From positions 28,954,001 through 29,018,000 of the forward strand of contig NC_043007.1 in assembly GCF_006345805.1 (NCBI RefSeq): a DNA stretch of 64,000 bases, read 5' to 3'. Under the pieces are notes generated by a model, which did no database searches, was not told the origin of the DNA, and saw only the letters and a program-made list of their open reading frames with translations. Position numbers and translations under genes: made by a program. This document shows positions 13,145 through 25,320 of this stretch, piece by piece. This DNA comes from Octopus sinensis. Taxonomy: Eukaryota. Position 1 is the first letter of the stretch, and every line of letters begins with the position of its first letter.

Positions 13145-14942
13145 ATGCATTTGTCAGTGTTATTGGGTTTAATATTCTTGTTATCAAATGTGATTGTATC
13201 TGTTGTGGTATCAGCAGCTTCAGACGAATGTGTACTCAGTATGGTGATTCCAAGGAATAAAATTAAGAGTTCTTGTAGCGATGTTGAAAGCTTGTCAAAA
13301 TTAGTTGATAAAAACAGAGAGGACATGTATGATTTCGATAAAAAAATGAAGTCATTAAAACATATGTTACTGTCTCATATTCAAAGCAGTACGGGGAAAA
13401 GGATGAGTGTAACTTCTCGAATAAATCGTCTTGAAAAGATTATTAACCAGCTGATTGGAAATCCTGATAGCAGTAGGACTGGAGAAGAGCATGGTCACCG
13501 TAAAACAGATACAACTTCTCATCCATATTACTATGGGAGATCATCAATAAACAATCACCAAGTGAAAGACGAAGCTTTAGCTGATGTGCCACAGTTAGAG
13601 ACTATTGTTGAGAAATACACGTTGAATGCCTTTCGCAATGTCAACAACACCATATCGCAAGAGGTTGATAAACGTTTTAAAGCATATGAAAATAATTTCA
13701 ATGAAGACCTGCAGAGAAGTCTAGATGACAGCATCCCTAGAGATGATATTGTTCAAAAACTTGATGATGGAGTAAGAGCTGAACAACCAGTATCAAGTGC
13801 TCGTATTATGTCGACGGTCCTTTCTGCAGAACTTAAAGAGTTGAGGAAAAATATTCGAGAACTGACAAGAAAATATCAGGAAATGCATAAAAATTATTAT
13901 TCTCTTGAAGAAAGACTGAGGATTGAAAGTAACAGCATTCAAGGACAACTTAATGCAACCAAGGGAGTAACCCTCCAAGTCAAGAGAAAAGTTCAAACGA
14001 TTGAAAGAACTGCAAATAAAACCATAGCTGAGGTAAAGATGTTGAATAAAAAAATCCCAAACCTAGAAGACTGGCGTTATGAGATCAATAACTCTGTACA
14101 CAGGGCAAATATTTCAGCAATGAAGAACATTCATAGAATGTCAAATCAAATTAATTCAAGTTTGTATGAATACATAGATGAGATTATGGGTCCTTTGGAT
14201 TCCAAGATCCAAGAAATTGTAATTGGTTCCCAGAAGCTTGAGGAACTCATTTATGACTTGAAACATGATCTTAATGATACACAAGAAAAACATGCTGGAT
14301 CTCTGGACCAGGTCCAGTCCAAGATCAGACAGATTGATGATGGAATGAAATTGCACTTCCTGAATATTTCACAAATTCTATTCACAGCAATCAGTGCTCT
14401 CAAAGGCACAGACAACCAAACCATGGAGAAATTACAGAAATACAATGAAAGCATTAATATCATGAAAGGCAATCTACTGGGTAAAATACAACATGTAAAC
14501 TTCACAATGCAACTGCTAAAGAGTCATACAAAGAACCAAAGTGAAGAGATGCAGAAACAAGCCAATGTTATAAGACATTTGAATGAAATTCTGAATTCAA
14601 CGTCTTTGAGAATGAATGCCATGAAGAAGGAACTGCTACAGTTTCGAACTGAGGTGCTTGTTAATTCTGGGAAATGGGCACCCTATAATTTCTCATTCCA
14701 TGATATCACAAGTGATTGTTATGGTACACGATATATAAAGAAAATTCCGTACCATGTTGGAAGGTATGTTGGTGTGATACTTTGTGGTCAGCCTGAAAGA
14801 TATAAAATTCTTCTCAGTAACAGAATGTTTTCAGGGTATTTGGATATAGCAGACAATTTTGGATCAGGAGATGACCACTGTGAATTTGTAGGATCCAGCC
14901 GAAGAACATTTAATTGCAAAGGCTCAATCGAAACAAAAGAAG
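13145..14942 (+). CDS. coding exon A of a secreted coiled-coil protein with an ABI3BP(TARSH)/FNDC1-like C-terminal domain (632 aa spliced)
   Basis: Uninterrupted 599 codons. In-frame TGA at 13106 precedes ATG 13145. Signal peptide MHLSVLLGLIFLLSNVIVSVVVSA. C-terminal WAPYNF..DCYGTRYIKK..YVGVILC..RYKILLS..YLDIADNFGSGDDHCEFV parallels the ABI3BP C-terminus as I recall it (C.GKQYVKR..FVGVQLCNSLRYKIYLS..IGDQRGHGEDHCQFV). Phase-1 donor AAG|GTTTGT at 14943. Confidence 0.92.
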
Positions 14943-16035
14943 GTTTGTACATTCTTTTCTTTATCTACTTTAATCTGATGTTAAAACTTTAAAAAAAAAA
15001 AGAATAATCTAGAATTTCTACACTATCACCTTCCCCCCCACACACCTTACTTCTCAACGTTACATTTCAGTATTTCATGCTTTGTGGCATTGTTTTATTC
15101 TACACTTCCTCCCCAAAAAATTTCTGTTGATTAATTTTGAAATCAGAAATCTTAATTTTCAGACTAAAGTTCCAATAGTGCTAAAAAACCGTTTCTATTT
15201 GACCAAGATTTCTTCTTATTTTATAAACAGTCGATCATATAACGGCATACCTGCTGTTGTTTTAATAATCCTGACTACAACTGAAAGCAGAATCAAAATA
15301 ACTTTACTTTTAACTCACTCATATTGACAACACTGATATAATAACAGGGCTACTACATGGTCACTTGATCTACTGGAAATAGAAACCAAATCACCCTCAA
15401 ATCACTTCTTACTGTTCTTAAAAAGGAAGTACACCTTAGATAAATATAGTCCTAAATGCATTATATCTCAGCAAATGACATGATGGTCATAGCTATGACC
15501 ACAGTTGGGCTGGATCAGGCTTGACCAAGGGTCACACAACAACAGTTCATTCAAACATAGATTTCTAATCTATTTAGTGAGTGTGGTGGTGGTGGTGGGG
15601 AGGTTATACCTGTTTATAGGTTAACCCGAGTATATGACTAGTTATATTATATTTTATATGAATACTGCTGGAAGGAAAGTAAAAGTGGAACTTAGAAATA
15701 AAAAAAAATTATATTTGACATTGAGAAATACCCATGCTTAGAAAGGTAGAGAGATGGGGGGGGAGCAGGTGTTGATGAGCCGTCTTCATGTGGGTGGGCA
15801 TGGATGGATGTTTATGCATATGGCTGTATATATATATAAATGTGTGCACTTGTTTGTTTATGTAAGTATGTGCATGTGTGTTTGTATGTGTTATGTGTTT
15901 GTAGGTTAATGCGTGTATATCATTGCATATGTGTGTGTATGTAATTGCATGAGTATGTATGCATTCGTACTAAATCTAAAACCTAAAATATAAGATAAAC
16001 TTTCATTCATTTTGAATTACTGTAAAAATTATATA

Positions 16036-17338
16036 CAGGGCTTCCCAGAAAGATTCACCCATTGATAATTCTTAATTATTCAAAATAAACTTAAGGTAGG
16101 ATAATGAAATTTGGCACACCTGTTCTAATGTAAATTGTCAATTCACTGAATTAATTACATTTCAGAATAATCCCCTTTTGCCTTGATCATAGCCTGCAAG
16201 TGAGAGGCCACTACTGAGTTGCATGAGCTCCATACCACCTCTTTATCCAACTGGACCCATGAAGACAGAAGGGATTTCTTCAGGTCTGACACATTTGAAG
16301 AGGAATGAGCAGAAACTTTCATTACTCTCTAAGATGGACCAGATAGCAAAGTCCATGGGATTGATGTCTGGACTTGAGGGAGGCCATATCGTCTTGTCGC
16401 AAAAACCACCAAAATGCTCAGTGTTAAATTGGACATGTGGGCTGCAGCCCCATCTTGAGTGAAGATGTAATGGTCACCAAAAGTTTCTGCGACCCAGGGT
16501 AACTCTTTGTTATCTGACATTTCCACATTTGATTTTGACATCACTGCTGACCTTAACACCAGTACTGATGAAGAGTAAGAGAGACTTGAACCCATCAGAT
16601 GCAACTGTGGCCCAATCCACAAGTGAAGCTGGCTTCTGATGGCATAAATGACTCCTGCTACCTTCAGGCAAGTCTCCTGCATTATGTGCATAAAGCTTGT
16701 CATTCTGCCTGTTGGTAACTGCCTCCAAGGTGAAGATCTTCGCATTGGACCAGATCAACTCTTTGTTAGTGGTGTGCTTCATCTCAGCTAACATGGTTTT
16801 ACCCCAGTTGAGCTGTTTCTTCTTGGAAGCTGCTAAAACTGATTGCCAGGATTGTTTCTTGTATGCAGTTAGCTTTAAATCCTCTTTAGAAATCCCGGGC
16901 CTTGACAATTCTGAAATACCAAGAGCTTTTGCAGTTTTTCTTGCACTCCTGCAGTGACCACAGTTCATTCACTTCTTCATAGCTTCAACAGTTTTTTTGG
17001 GGGGTACAAACTGATTGTTTCCTACCAGGAATTGGTTTGCTAGAGGTAGTAGCAGACTTCATATATTGTTTCCAGGAATTGAACATTGTTTTACAGCACA
17101 CATTCAACTGTTTTGTTATGTCCTTGTTGCTCACTCCAGCTGTTTTCAAAGCAACAATCTGGTCACGTTTTGCTTTAGATGCCATGCTTGTTTACAAACC
17201 TGTTATGGACGAATGAAACAATAGACATATGGACTAAAGACAGGTGCGAATCTTTATGTAAAATGTAGATAATATTATCTGAACCAATATTCTTTAGGAA
17301 GAGTTTTAAACAGGGGTAAATCTTTCTGGGACACCCTG
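16036..17338 (-). mobile_element. full-length decayed Tc1/mariner element, maT/DD37D-like
   Basis: TA on both sides (16034-35, 17339-40). 25-bp TIR caggg(ct/tg)tcccagaaagatt(c/t)accc. Transposase MASKAKRDQIVAL..WSNAKIFTLEAVTNRQND..QDGAAAH..(frameshift)..WPPSSPDINPMDFAIWSILES; the third catalytic residue is D (NPMD), not E. Confidence 0.92.
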
Positions 17339-17388
17339 TATACATATGTACATGCATACATATATACATACATATTTTGTGTGTGTAT

Positions 17389-17940
17389 CATCATCATCAT
17401 CACTTAACGTCTGTTTTCCATGCTAGCATGGGTTGGACGGTTTTGACTGGGGGCTGGCAACCAGATGGCTGCACCAGGCTCCAGTCTTGATCTGGCAGAG
17501 TTTCTATAGCTGGATGCCCTTCCTAATGCCAACCACTCCGAGAGTGTAGTTGGTGCTTTTTACGTGTCACCTGCACAGGGGCCAGTCAGGCAGTACTGGC
17601 AATGACCTTGCTTGAATCTTTTTACACGTGCCACCAACACAGGTACCAGTGAAGCGACGTTGGTAACGATCACACTCGGATGGTGTTCTTGGCACCCTAC
17701 TAGTACAGGCATAAGTGCCAGTAAGGCGATGCTGGTAGCGATCATACTCGAATAGCCTCTCTGTCAACGATAACACTCGTATGGTGCTCTTTGCACCCCG
17801 CTAGCATGGATGCCAGTCATCGAAATGATTTTGATTTTGATTTTACTTGCCTCAACAGGTCTTCGCAAGCAAAGTTTAGTGACCAAAGAATGGAGAAGCT
17901 ACGCAGAAGTGGGTTGGTTATGCTCCTGGCATAGGCCATG
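17389..17940 (-). mobile_element. RTE-LINE 3' UTR/tail copy (family B) with internal modules
   Basis: (cat)n tail plus ggatgcccttcctaatgccaaccactccgagagtg and repeated gccagtaaggcgatgctggta.cgatca.actcg modules. Confidence 0.85.
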
Positions 17941-18310
17941 TTTATATGCATATATGTTTATGTATAAGACTGGATGTATATGCATATATGCTTTTATGAA
18001 TATATATGTGTGTGTGTGAATATAAGGCAGATGGAAGATGGAATATACGAGAATTTATTATTAATCACCAATTATTGAGTGTCTCGCCCATGAGGAATTG
18101 ATGCTAAATGAAATGAAACAATTGTTGGGATTAATAACAAATTCTCATATTCCATCTTCCATATACCTAATCATCACTGTGAAAGTGACCATGCTTTCCC
18201 AGTAAGCTGCCAGGTGTAACCCACTCATTTTATTATCCATTATATATATATATATATATATTTATATATGTACAGTTATATGTGTGTATGTGAGTATGTA
18301 TAGTATGTAT

Positions 18311-18900
18311 TTCTCTCATCATCATCTTTTAGTGTCCATCTGTCTTCTATCCTGGCATGAGTTGAATGGCTTGACAAGGTCCAACAGATCCGAAAACTGC
18401 ATCATGCTCCGTTTGCCATGGCACGGTTTCTACAGCCAGAGGAACCGCTTAATGCCAACCACTTTACAACATGTATTGGGTGCTTTATTCTCATGGCACT
18501 GGTCATTGCAAGGTCCCCATGTAGCTTTAAAGACTAAGATCCCCTTTGACTAATTGAGACTGCAGTAGAAAAAGGGGTAGTTTTAAGTGGAGAGATGAGA
18601 GACGAAAGAAGAAGCTAGAATAGAACAGATGTCCTGTTGTAGATGAAACACATTGCTATTTGGAAGATACAAGTGTGGGTGGGAGTAACTAGGGTGAAGC
18701 TAGAGAGAGAGGGAGAGATGAAATAGTAATGATGAAGCATCAGGGTATACCCTTCAGGTATAAGGTGGATAAGAGTGGGGACAGAAGAGCATGGAGTGTG
18801 GGTGGGTAGGGGCTGCAAATGTTGTGGGGAGAGTGGGAGGGAGAGAGTGAGTGAGGGTAGATATAATGAATGAAGAATAAGTGTTGATCAATATATGTTA
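18311..18900 (-). mobile_element. older RTE-type 3' UTR with long purine/pyrimidine-skewed tract
   Basis: Diverged family-B tail followed by a G/A-rich + strand; same layout at 42325, 52360, 59518. Confidence 0.5.
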
Positions 18901-18933
18901 GAGGGAAGATAGGGAAGAGTGTGTGTACGCATA

Positions 18934-18964
<31 letters not shown>

Positions 18965-18969
<5 letters not shown>

Positions 18970-19900
18970 AGGTGCTTCCAAGACCTCAATTTCACTGAGC
19001 TGGAATGGTCTCCCTGAGCACTGCATATCGACAATCACTCTGGTTCTTTGTCATCTTAGCCTCCCTACTTCATTCCACATCTTCCTGGGCCTTCCTCTTC
19101 CACAGGTTCCTTACATGTATAAGGATCAGCACCTCTTTATACAGCTGTCCTCCTCCATGTGTACCACATGTCTGTAGCAGTGCAGTCTTCTTTCTTGCAC
19201 ACAACATCTAATTCCTCTGATAAACAGATTTCCACTTGACACATTTGTACTTAATCATTCAAACACACACACTGCACATCCAATACGCCATGATAGCTTC
19301 ATTTCTTTCCAGTGTTTTCAAGTCCTCTGCTGGCATTCAGAGCCCATACATCGATCGCTACCCTACAGTTTCACACTTCTAATACAAGTGCCATGTAAAC
19401 TGTTCGTCATTCTCAGGAAAGAGACCTTTGTTGCCAGCACTGACAGCAGCTCCCTGAACTTTCTCCAACCTGTTTTTACCCTGGCTACAATACTTTCAGA
19501 GCAACCAAATCCTTTGTGAATTACATCCCCTAGCTAACAAAAGCTGTTGAGTGCTTTTGGTGAGCCAACTGAGCATTTAAGAGAATCTGTTTCTGGAGTG
19601 CTCTTAGTACCTATGTATCTATCACATATGAAGCTTACTTCTTGTATTAGTCTACCTATGATTCCACCACACCTCTTGTGTATCCATGGCTCACATTGAG
19701 ATCATACCTACTCCTTTTCTACATATTGAACAAAGTTATTTCTCTGAAGATACTAAGGTTCTGTCTTCTTCTTACTAAAACTTTTGTCTGTGCTACAGAT
19801 GCGCTGCATATAAACCCATTACTATTGAAATTGGGACACCAATTTGCATATACGAAACATCCTTGTCCACTAGTGGGATAAATAAATTGCTAGTACATTA
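18965..19900 (-). mobile_element. decayed RTE-LINE ORF C-terminal fragment
   Basis: + strand cttcctgggccttcctcttccacaggttcc (GTCGRGRPRK on minus) aligns with 21045 and 38920. Confidence 0.7.
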
Positions 19901-20523
19901 ACATTGTTTTGTTTCAAGGCAATACTTTACTGCAGAATATATCTACAGATTGTAGCCAAACAATGTATGTAAATACTCGGTCTATATGCAATATCTTCAT
20001 AGGACCAATTTCTGGATTAACCTCAAAGGTTTTCCTTTTAGGTTATTCCAGAAATTGGTCTGATCCACAGATAACTCAATTTTATGAATTTCTTTTAGCC
20101 TGCTCCCTCATTTTGACATGGGTATCATCATAATTATAATAATAATGATAATGATGATGATAATAATAATAATAATAATAATAATGAGGATATTTAATGT
20201 GGTTTGACTATTTAGCATCTCTTTTAAGCATAAAGGCAGGAAAATAATTTTTTCTATGCCCTTAATTATAATTGTATTGATGATTTCACCTTAATAGGTC
20301 TTTTTTTTATATATTGGCCACTGATAAAATTTTTAACAATTTTATCTTTTATATATATATATATATATATTATATTAAATTAGAGATAAAACCACTATTA
20401 GGCAAATCAAACAATGAAAAACTTAAGCCAATACATAAAATTAATTAATTTATATTATTTTAAATATATATCAAAATTATTAAAAGTTTAATAAAAGATA
20501 ATGAGTAAAACACTATTTATATA

Positions 20524-22062
20524 TCATCATCATCATCGTTTAACATCCACTTTCCATGCTAGTATGGGTTGGATGATTTGACTGAGGACTGGTGAACCAG
20601 ATGGCTGCACCAGGCTCCAATCTTGATCTGGCAGAGTTTCTACAGCTGGATGCCCTTCCTTACGCCAACCACTCTGAGAGTGTAGTGGGTGCTTTTACGT
20701 GCCACTAACACATGAGCCAGTCCATTGCGACTGGCATCGACCATGCTCAAATGGTGCTTTTATGTGCCACTAGCACAGGTGCCAGTCAGGCAGTGCTAGC
20801 ATTGACCATGTCAATGATTTCACTTGACTCAACAGGTCTTCTAAAGCACAGTATATTGCCCAATGATTGAAGGGTTCTCTTCAAATGAGCCGGTTATGCT
20901 ACACTGGCATAGGCCACGGTTACAGTCTCACTTGGTTTTCCGGGTCTTCTCAAGCACAGCATATCTCCAAAGGTCTCAGTCACTTGTCAATGCTTTAGTG
21001 AGGCCCAACATTCAAAGGTCGTGCTTCACCACCTCATCCCAGGTCTTCCTGGGTCTACCTCTTCCACAGGTTCCCTCTACTGTTAGGTGTGACACTTCTT
21101 CTATCTAGGGTGTGACACTTCTTCACACAGCTGTCCTCATCCATACGCAACACACGACCATACCAGCAGTCATCCCTCTTGCACACCACATCTGATGCTT
21201 CTTATGTCCAACTTTTCCCTCAGGGCGCTTACACTCTGTCATGTCTGCACAAGGACATTACACATCCAGTGGAGCATACCGGCTTCATCCCTTGCAAGCC
21301 TACGCATGTTCTCAGCAGTCACAGTCCATGTTTCACTGCTGTGTAGCATGGTTCTTCGCACATATGCATCATACCTTTCACTCTGAGTGAGAGGCTCTTT
21401 GTTACCAGCAGAAGCAGGAGCTTTCTGAACTTTGCCCAGGTTATTCTTATTCTAACAGCTAAGCTCTCAGAGCATCCGCATCCCACTACTGACTTGGTCA
21501 CCTTGGTAACAGAAGCTATCAACTGCTTCTAGTTTTTCTCCGTAGCATGATATTGCTGCACCTCTTATGTGTCTATAACTTACACAGGGTACATCTTATG
21601 GAGTTTCTACCTATGCCTTTCTACAGATTTAGTAGGGATATCTACCTGAAGGGATTTGTGATTTGTCTGCCTTTCTACTTAATAAGACTTTGGTTTTAAC
21701 TAGATTGACTCTAAGGCCCTTTGATTCTAGACCTTGCTTCCACACCTGAAACTTCTCTTGTTCTGGTAGTGACTCAGCTATTAGAGCAAGGTCATCAGCA
21801 TAGAGGAGATCCTAGGGGCATCTTGACTTGAATTTCTCTGTTATTGCCTGGAGGACTATGATAAACAAGAAGGGGCTGAAAACTGATCCTTGGTGGACCC
21901 CTACTCCTACCCAGAATTCTTCACCATACTCGTTGTCAACCCCCACCTTACTGACAGCATCCCTGTACATGGCTTGTACAGCTCTCACTAACCACTCATC
22001 GATTCTGAGTTTCTGCATTGACCACCAGATAAGGGATTGGGGGACCCTGTTAAAGGCTTTTG
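20524..22062 (-). mobile_element. 5'-truncated RTE-clade LINE (RT domain to 3' tail)
   Basis: Minus strand: KAFNRVP..WLVRAVQAMY..GVGVHQGSVFSPFLFIIVL..LLYADDLAL (YADD at 21791-21802), C-terminal GRGRP..W motif, and (gat)n tail at 20524. Confidence 0.92.
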
Positions 22063-22225
22063 CCAGGCATGGTTGTGAGGTAAGAAGTTTGCTTCTCAAC
22101 CACATGGTTCCATGTTTAGTCCCACAGCATGGCACCTAGGGCAAGTGTCTTCTACTACAACCCCAGGCTGATCAAAGCCTTACGAGTGGATTTGGTGGAC
22201 AGAAACTGAAAGAGGGTCATTGTAA
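22063..22225 (+). mobile_element. type-A SINE head
   Basis: gtaagaagtttgcttctcaaccacatggttcc..gtcccacagcatggcacctagggcaagtgtcttc matches the reverse complement of 2150-2315. Confidence 0.7.
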
Positions 22226-22463
22226 ACACACAGACATATATACACAATATGTAAATGTAAGATCCAAAGATCAAGATGTAGAAAGTTAGTAAGCTTTGAT
22301 AAGTCCACAGAAGTTATAAAAAAGAACTCTCAGGAACAACAGGGGTTTATTGACGTAGAAGGTTATAAATTTTTTTCATATTGAAGTCTGATAAGCTGAA
22401 AAAAGTTATTTTATGGTTCACGGTTAGCAAATGGGGTTGCTGTGTGTGCAAATAGAAAAAGAA

Positions 22464-22819
22464 ATCCAGATTGAGGGAATGGGGCAGCAGGTAAAAGCCA
22501 GGCTACATGTCTTTCGTAGCTAGCAGAACCTCAGAAGTAGTAATTACTCAACAAGGAGTACTCCACTAGCTACTCATCAGGCTGAAGATACCTTAGTTAA
22601 ACTAAGGCTACATTATCATCAAGGGATTCCAATTTAACTCACTGGAGAAGTAATTTAAAATCCCTTGATGACAATACAGCCTTCATTGAACTAAGGTGTT
22701 GTTGGTCTAATGAGTAGCTAGTGGAGTACCCCTCGTTGAGTAATTACTACTTCTGAGGTTCTGCTATGAAACCTATGTAGCCTGGATTTTACCTGCTGCT
22801 CTGTTCCCTCAATTCGGAT
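22464..22819. repeat. 356-bp imperfect palindrome whose arms each carry a hammerhead-like motif
   Basis: Left atccagattgagggaatggggcagcaggtaaaagccaggctacat matches the reverse complement of the right end; complementarity runs to a ~25-nt centre near 22630-22655. Confidence 0.9.
22501..22584 (-). ncRNA. type I hammerhead-ribozyme-like motif (left arm of the palindrome)
   Basis: CTGATGA (22580-74), perfect 8-bp stem II GTAGCTAG/CTAGCTAC closed by G-C, GAAA (22515-12), GTA (22506-04), gcc. Stem III has a G.G mismatch and stem I is short. Confidence 0.55.
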
Positions 22820-22849
22820 AGATTCATTAGAATGTTGCACAGAATCCTT

Positions 22850-23205
22850 TTCATCTTTTACTTGTTTCCCTCATGGGACTGTGACCATGCAGCAGTGCTG
22901 TCTTGAAGGGTTCAGTCAAACAAATCTGTGTCAGTATTACGTGGGTTCTCAGGGAGATTCAGCATGACAGTGTGTGACAAGGCTGGCCACTTGAAATACA
23001 GGTACAACAGAAAGAGGAAGAAAGAATGAGAGAAAGTTGTGGTGAAAGAGTACAGCAGGGATCACCACCATCCCCTGCCAGAGCCTCACGGAGCTTTAGG
23101 TATTTTCACTCAATAAACACTTGCAACGCCTGGTCTGGGAATCAAAACCGTGATCCCATAACCGCGAGTCTGCTGTCCTAACCACTAGGCCATTGTGCCT
23201 CCATT
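22850..23205 (-). mobile_element. tRNA-derived SINE (head type C)
   Basis: Minus head ggaggcacaatggcctagtggttaggacagcagactcgcgg..cacggttttgattcccagacc; same head at 30329-30630 and 31990-32325. Confidence 0.8.
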
Positions 23206-23487
23206 GTCATGTGGTGGTGGGGAACAGACATAAGCACAGACACACACACACATATGCTTACACACACACACACACATACAGTTGGTTTCTACATAGCTGC
23301 CTTCTTCCAAATCCACTTACCAATCATTGGTCAGCTACGGTTATAGTAGAAGATACTTGCGTAAGTTACTACACTGTGGGACTGAACCCAAAATCCCATG
23401 GTTGCAAAGCGAACATCTTAATACAGATACACCTCTGTTTGTGTGTGTGTGTGTGTGTAAATATATACATTAATATATGAACATTAT

Positions 23488-23940
23488 TAAGGCAGCGAGC
23501 TGGCAGAACCATTAGCACCTCAAGCAAAATACTTAGTGGCATTTTGTCTGCCTTTACATTCTGAGTTCAAATTCTGCTGGGGCTGGCTTTGCTTTCATCC
23601 TTTTGGGGTTGATGAAATAAGTACTAGTTGAATAGTGGGGGTCGATGTAATAATCTTAGCCCTTTGCACAAAATTTCAGGTTTTGTGCCTACAGTAGAAA
23701 GGATTATTTAATTGATTAAGGTGGAAAGCTGGCAGAATCGTTAGCACGCTGGACGAAATATTTAGTGATATTTCACCTGTCACTACATTCTGAATTCAAA
23801 TTGCACCAAGGTCAACTTTATCTTTCATCCTTTTGAAGTCGATAAAATAAGTACCAGCTGGACACTGGGGTTGATGTAATTTACTCATCCCCTCCCCCAA
23901 AACTGCTGTCTTTTGTGGCAAAATTTGAAACTGTTAATAA
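23488..23940 (+). mobile_element. two head-to-tail type-D SINE copies
   Basis: aaggcagcgagctggcagaa.c.ttagcac..ctgagttcaaatt..tttcatcctttt.gggt.gat.aaataagtac..gaaaggattatt occurs twice. Confidence 0.85.
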
Positions 23941-24827
23941 AGTCCTGTTGTGTGGTTGTTTTTTTAATTTTTTCAGTAATTAAATTCATTATGCTAAAAA
24001 GTCCTTCCTGTTTGAATAGCTTTTTTCTTTTGTTTTTTAATGAGATTTGTAAATTTATCTGATAACAGTAATAGAGACGGTATATCTGACCTTGTTGACT
24101 GATAATGGAGGCAATATGAACTGTTTGTGCTTGTCATAATATACACAACGTTGTTTAATGAAGCTGCAGATTCAATTTCATTGGTGCTGCTGCTGGGGCG
24201 GCAGTTAACTTGTAATGTTACCTTTCTTTTACACACATTCTCATATCCATTTCAAGCATTGCATTGTGGCCACTCAGAGGTCCTGCCTTTAAGAGGCTTT
24301 AGTTAAATTTAGACCCTAGTTTTATTCATATATATATATATTATATATATATATATCTACACACACACACACACACATATGCATGCACACACACACATAT
24401 GTATGCACACACACACACACACATATATATCTATATTCATATATAGTAGATGAGTTCAGTAACAATTTAGATTCAGATGAATATGGTACTTAAGTTGAGG
24501 AACCAGAATTTAGTATGGTATTATCCATACAATTTCAAAGTAAGGTGATTATAATCAAAATAAGCAACAAGGATGTCCAGAGGTAATGCAGTATGATCGT
24601 TTCATGCAACTCCCTTTAATTGAACATTACAAACATTACATCAATTTAAAATGCAGAGCAATCTTCAGCTGCGCAAAGGCATATAATTTAATTAAATTAG
24701 AACAGAGAGACACGTTAGTATAATTATACCTAAAATCTCCAAGAGATAGACATATCCTTATCCTTTTGGAGATTTTAGGTAAAATTATACTAATGTGTCC
24801 TTCTAATTTAATTAAATTCTATGTCTT

Positions 24828-24859
<32 letters not shown>

Positions 24860-24864
24860 ATATA

Positions 24865-25270
24865 TCATCATCATTTAGTGTTCGTTGTCTATGCTGGCAT
24901 GGGTTGGCAAGTTAGAAGGCTACACCAGACTCCAGTCTGATTTGGTATGGGTTTTACAGCTGGATGCCCTTCCTAATGCCAACCACCTTGAGAGTGCTTT
25001 TATGTGCCACCAGCACAGGTGCCACTTGTGTGACACCAATATCTGTCACAAATGTGATTTTACTTGGCTTGATGGGTTTTCTTCTCAAGCACATAATGCT
25101 AAAGGTTTCGGTTATTGCTTCCATGGGGCCCACACTCAAAAGAAGCTCAGTTACAACTACGATTCACTTAGCTTGATGGGTCTTCTCAAGCACAGCATAT
25201 TGCCAAAGGTCTCAGTCACTACTCATCACCTCTGTGAGGCCCAACGTTCAAAGATCATGCTTCACCACCT

Positions 25271-25320
<50 letters not shown>

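Noticed and set aside
14943-14992. GLYILFFIYFNLMLKL as the true C-terminus
   Set aside because: It follows a phase-1 donor and would cut the domain before WYECG; the downstream exon supplies the conserved end.
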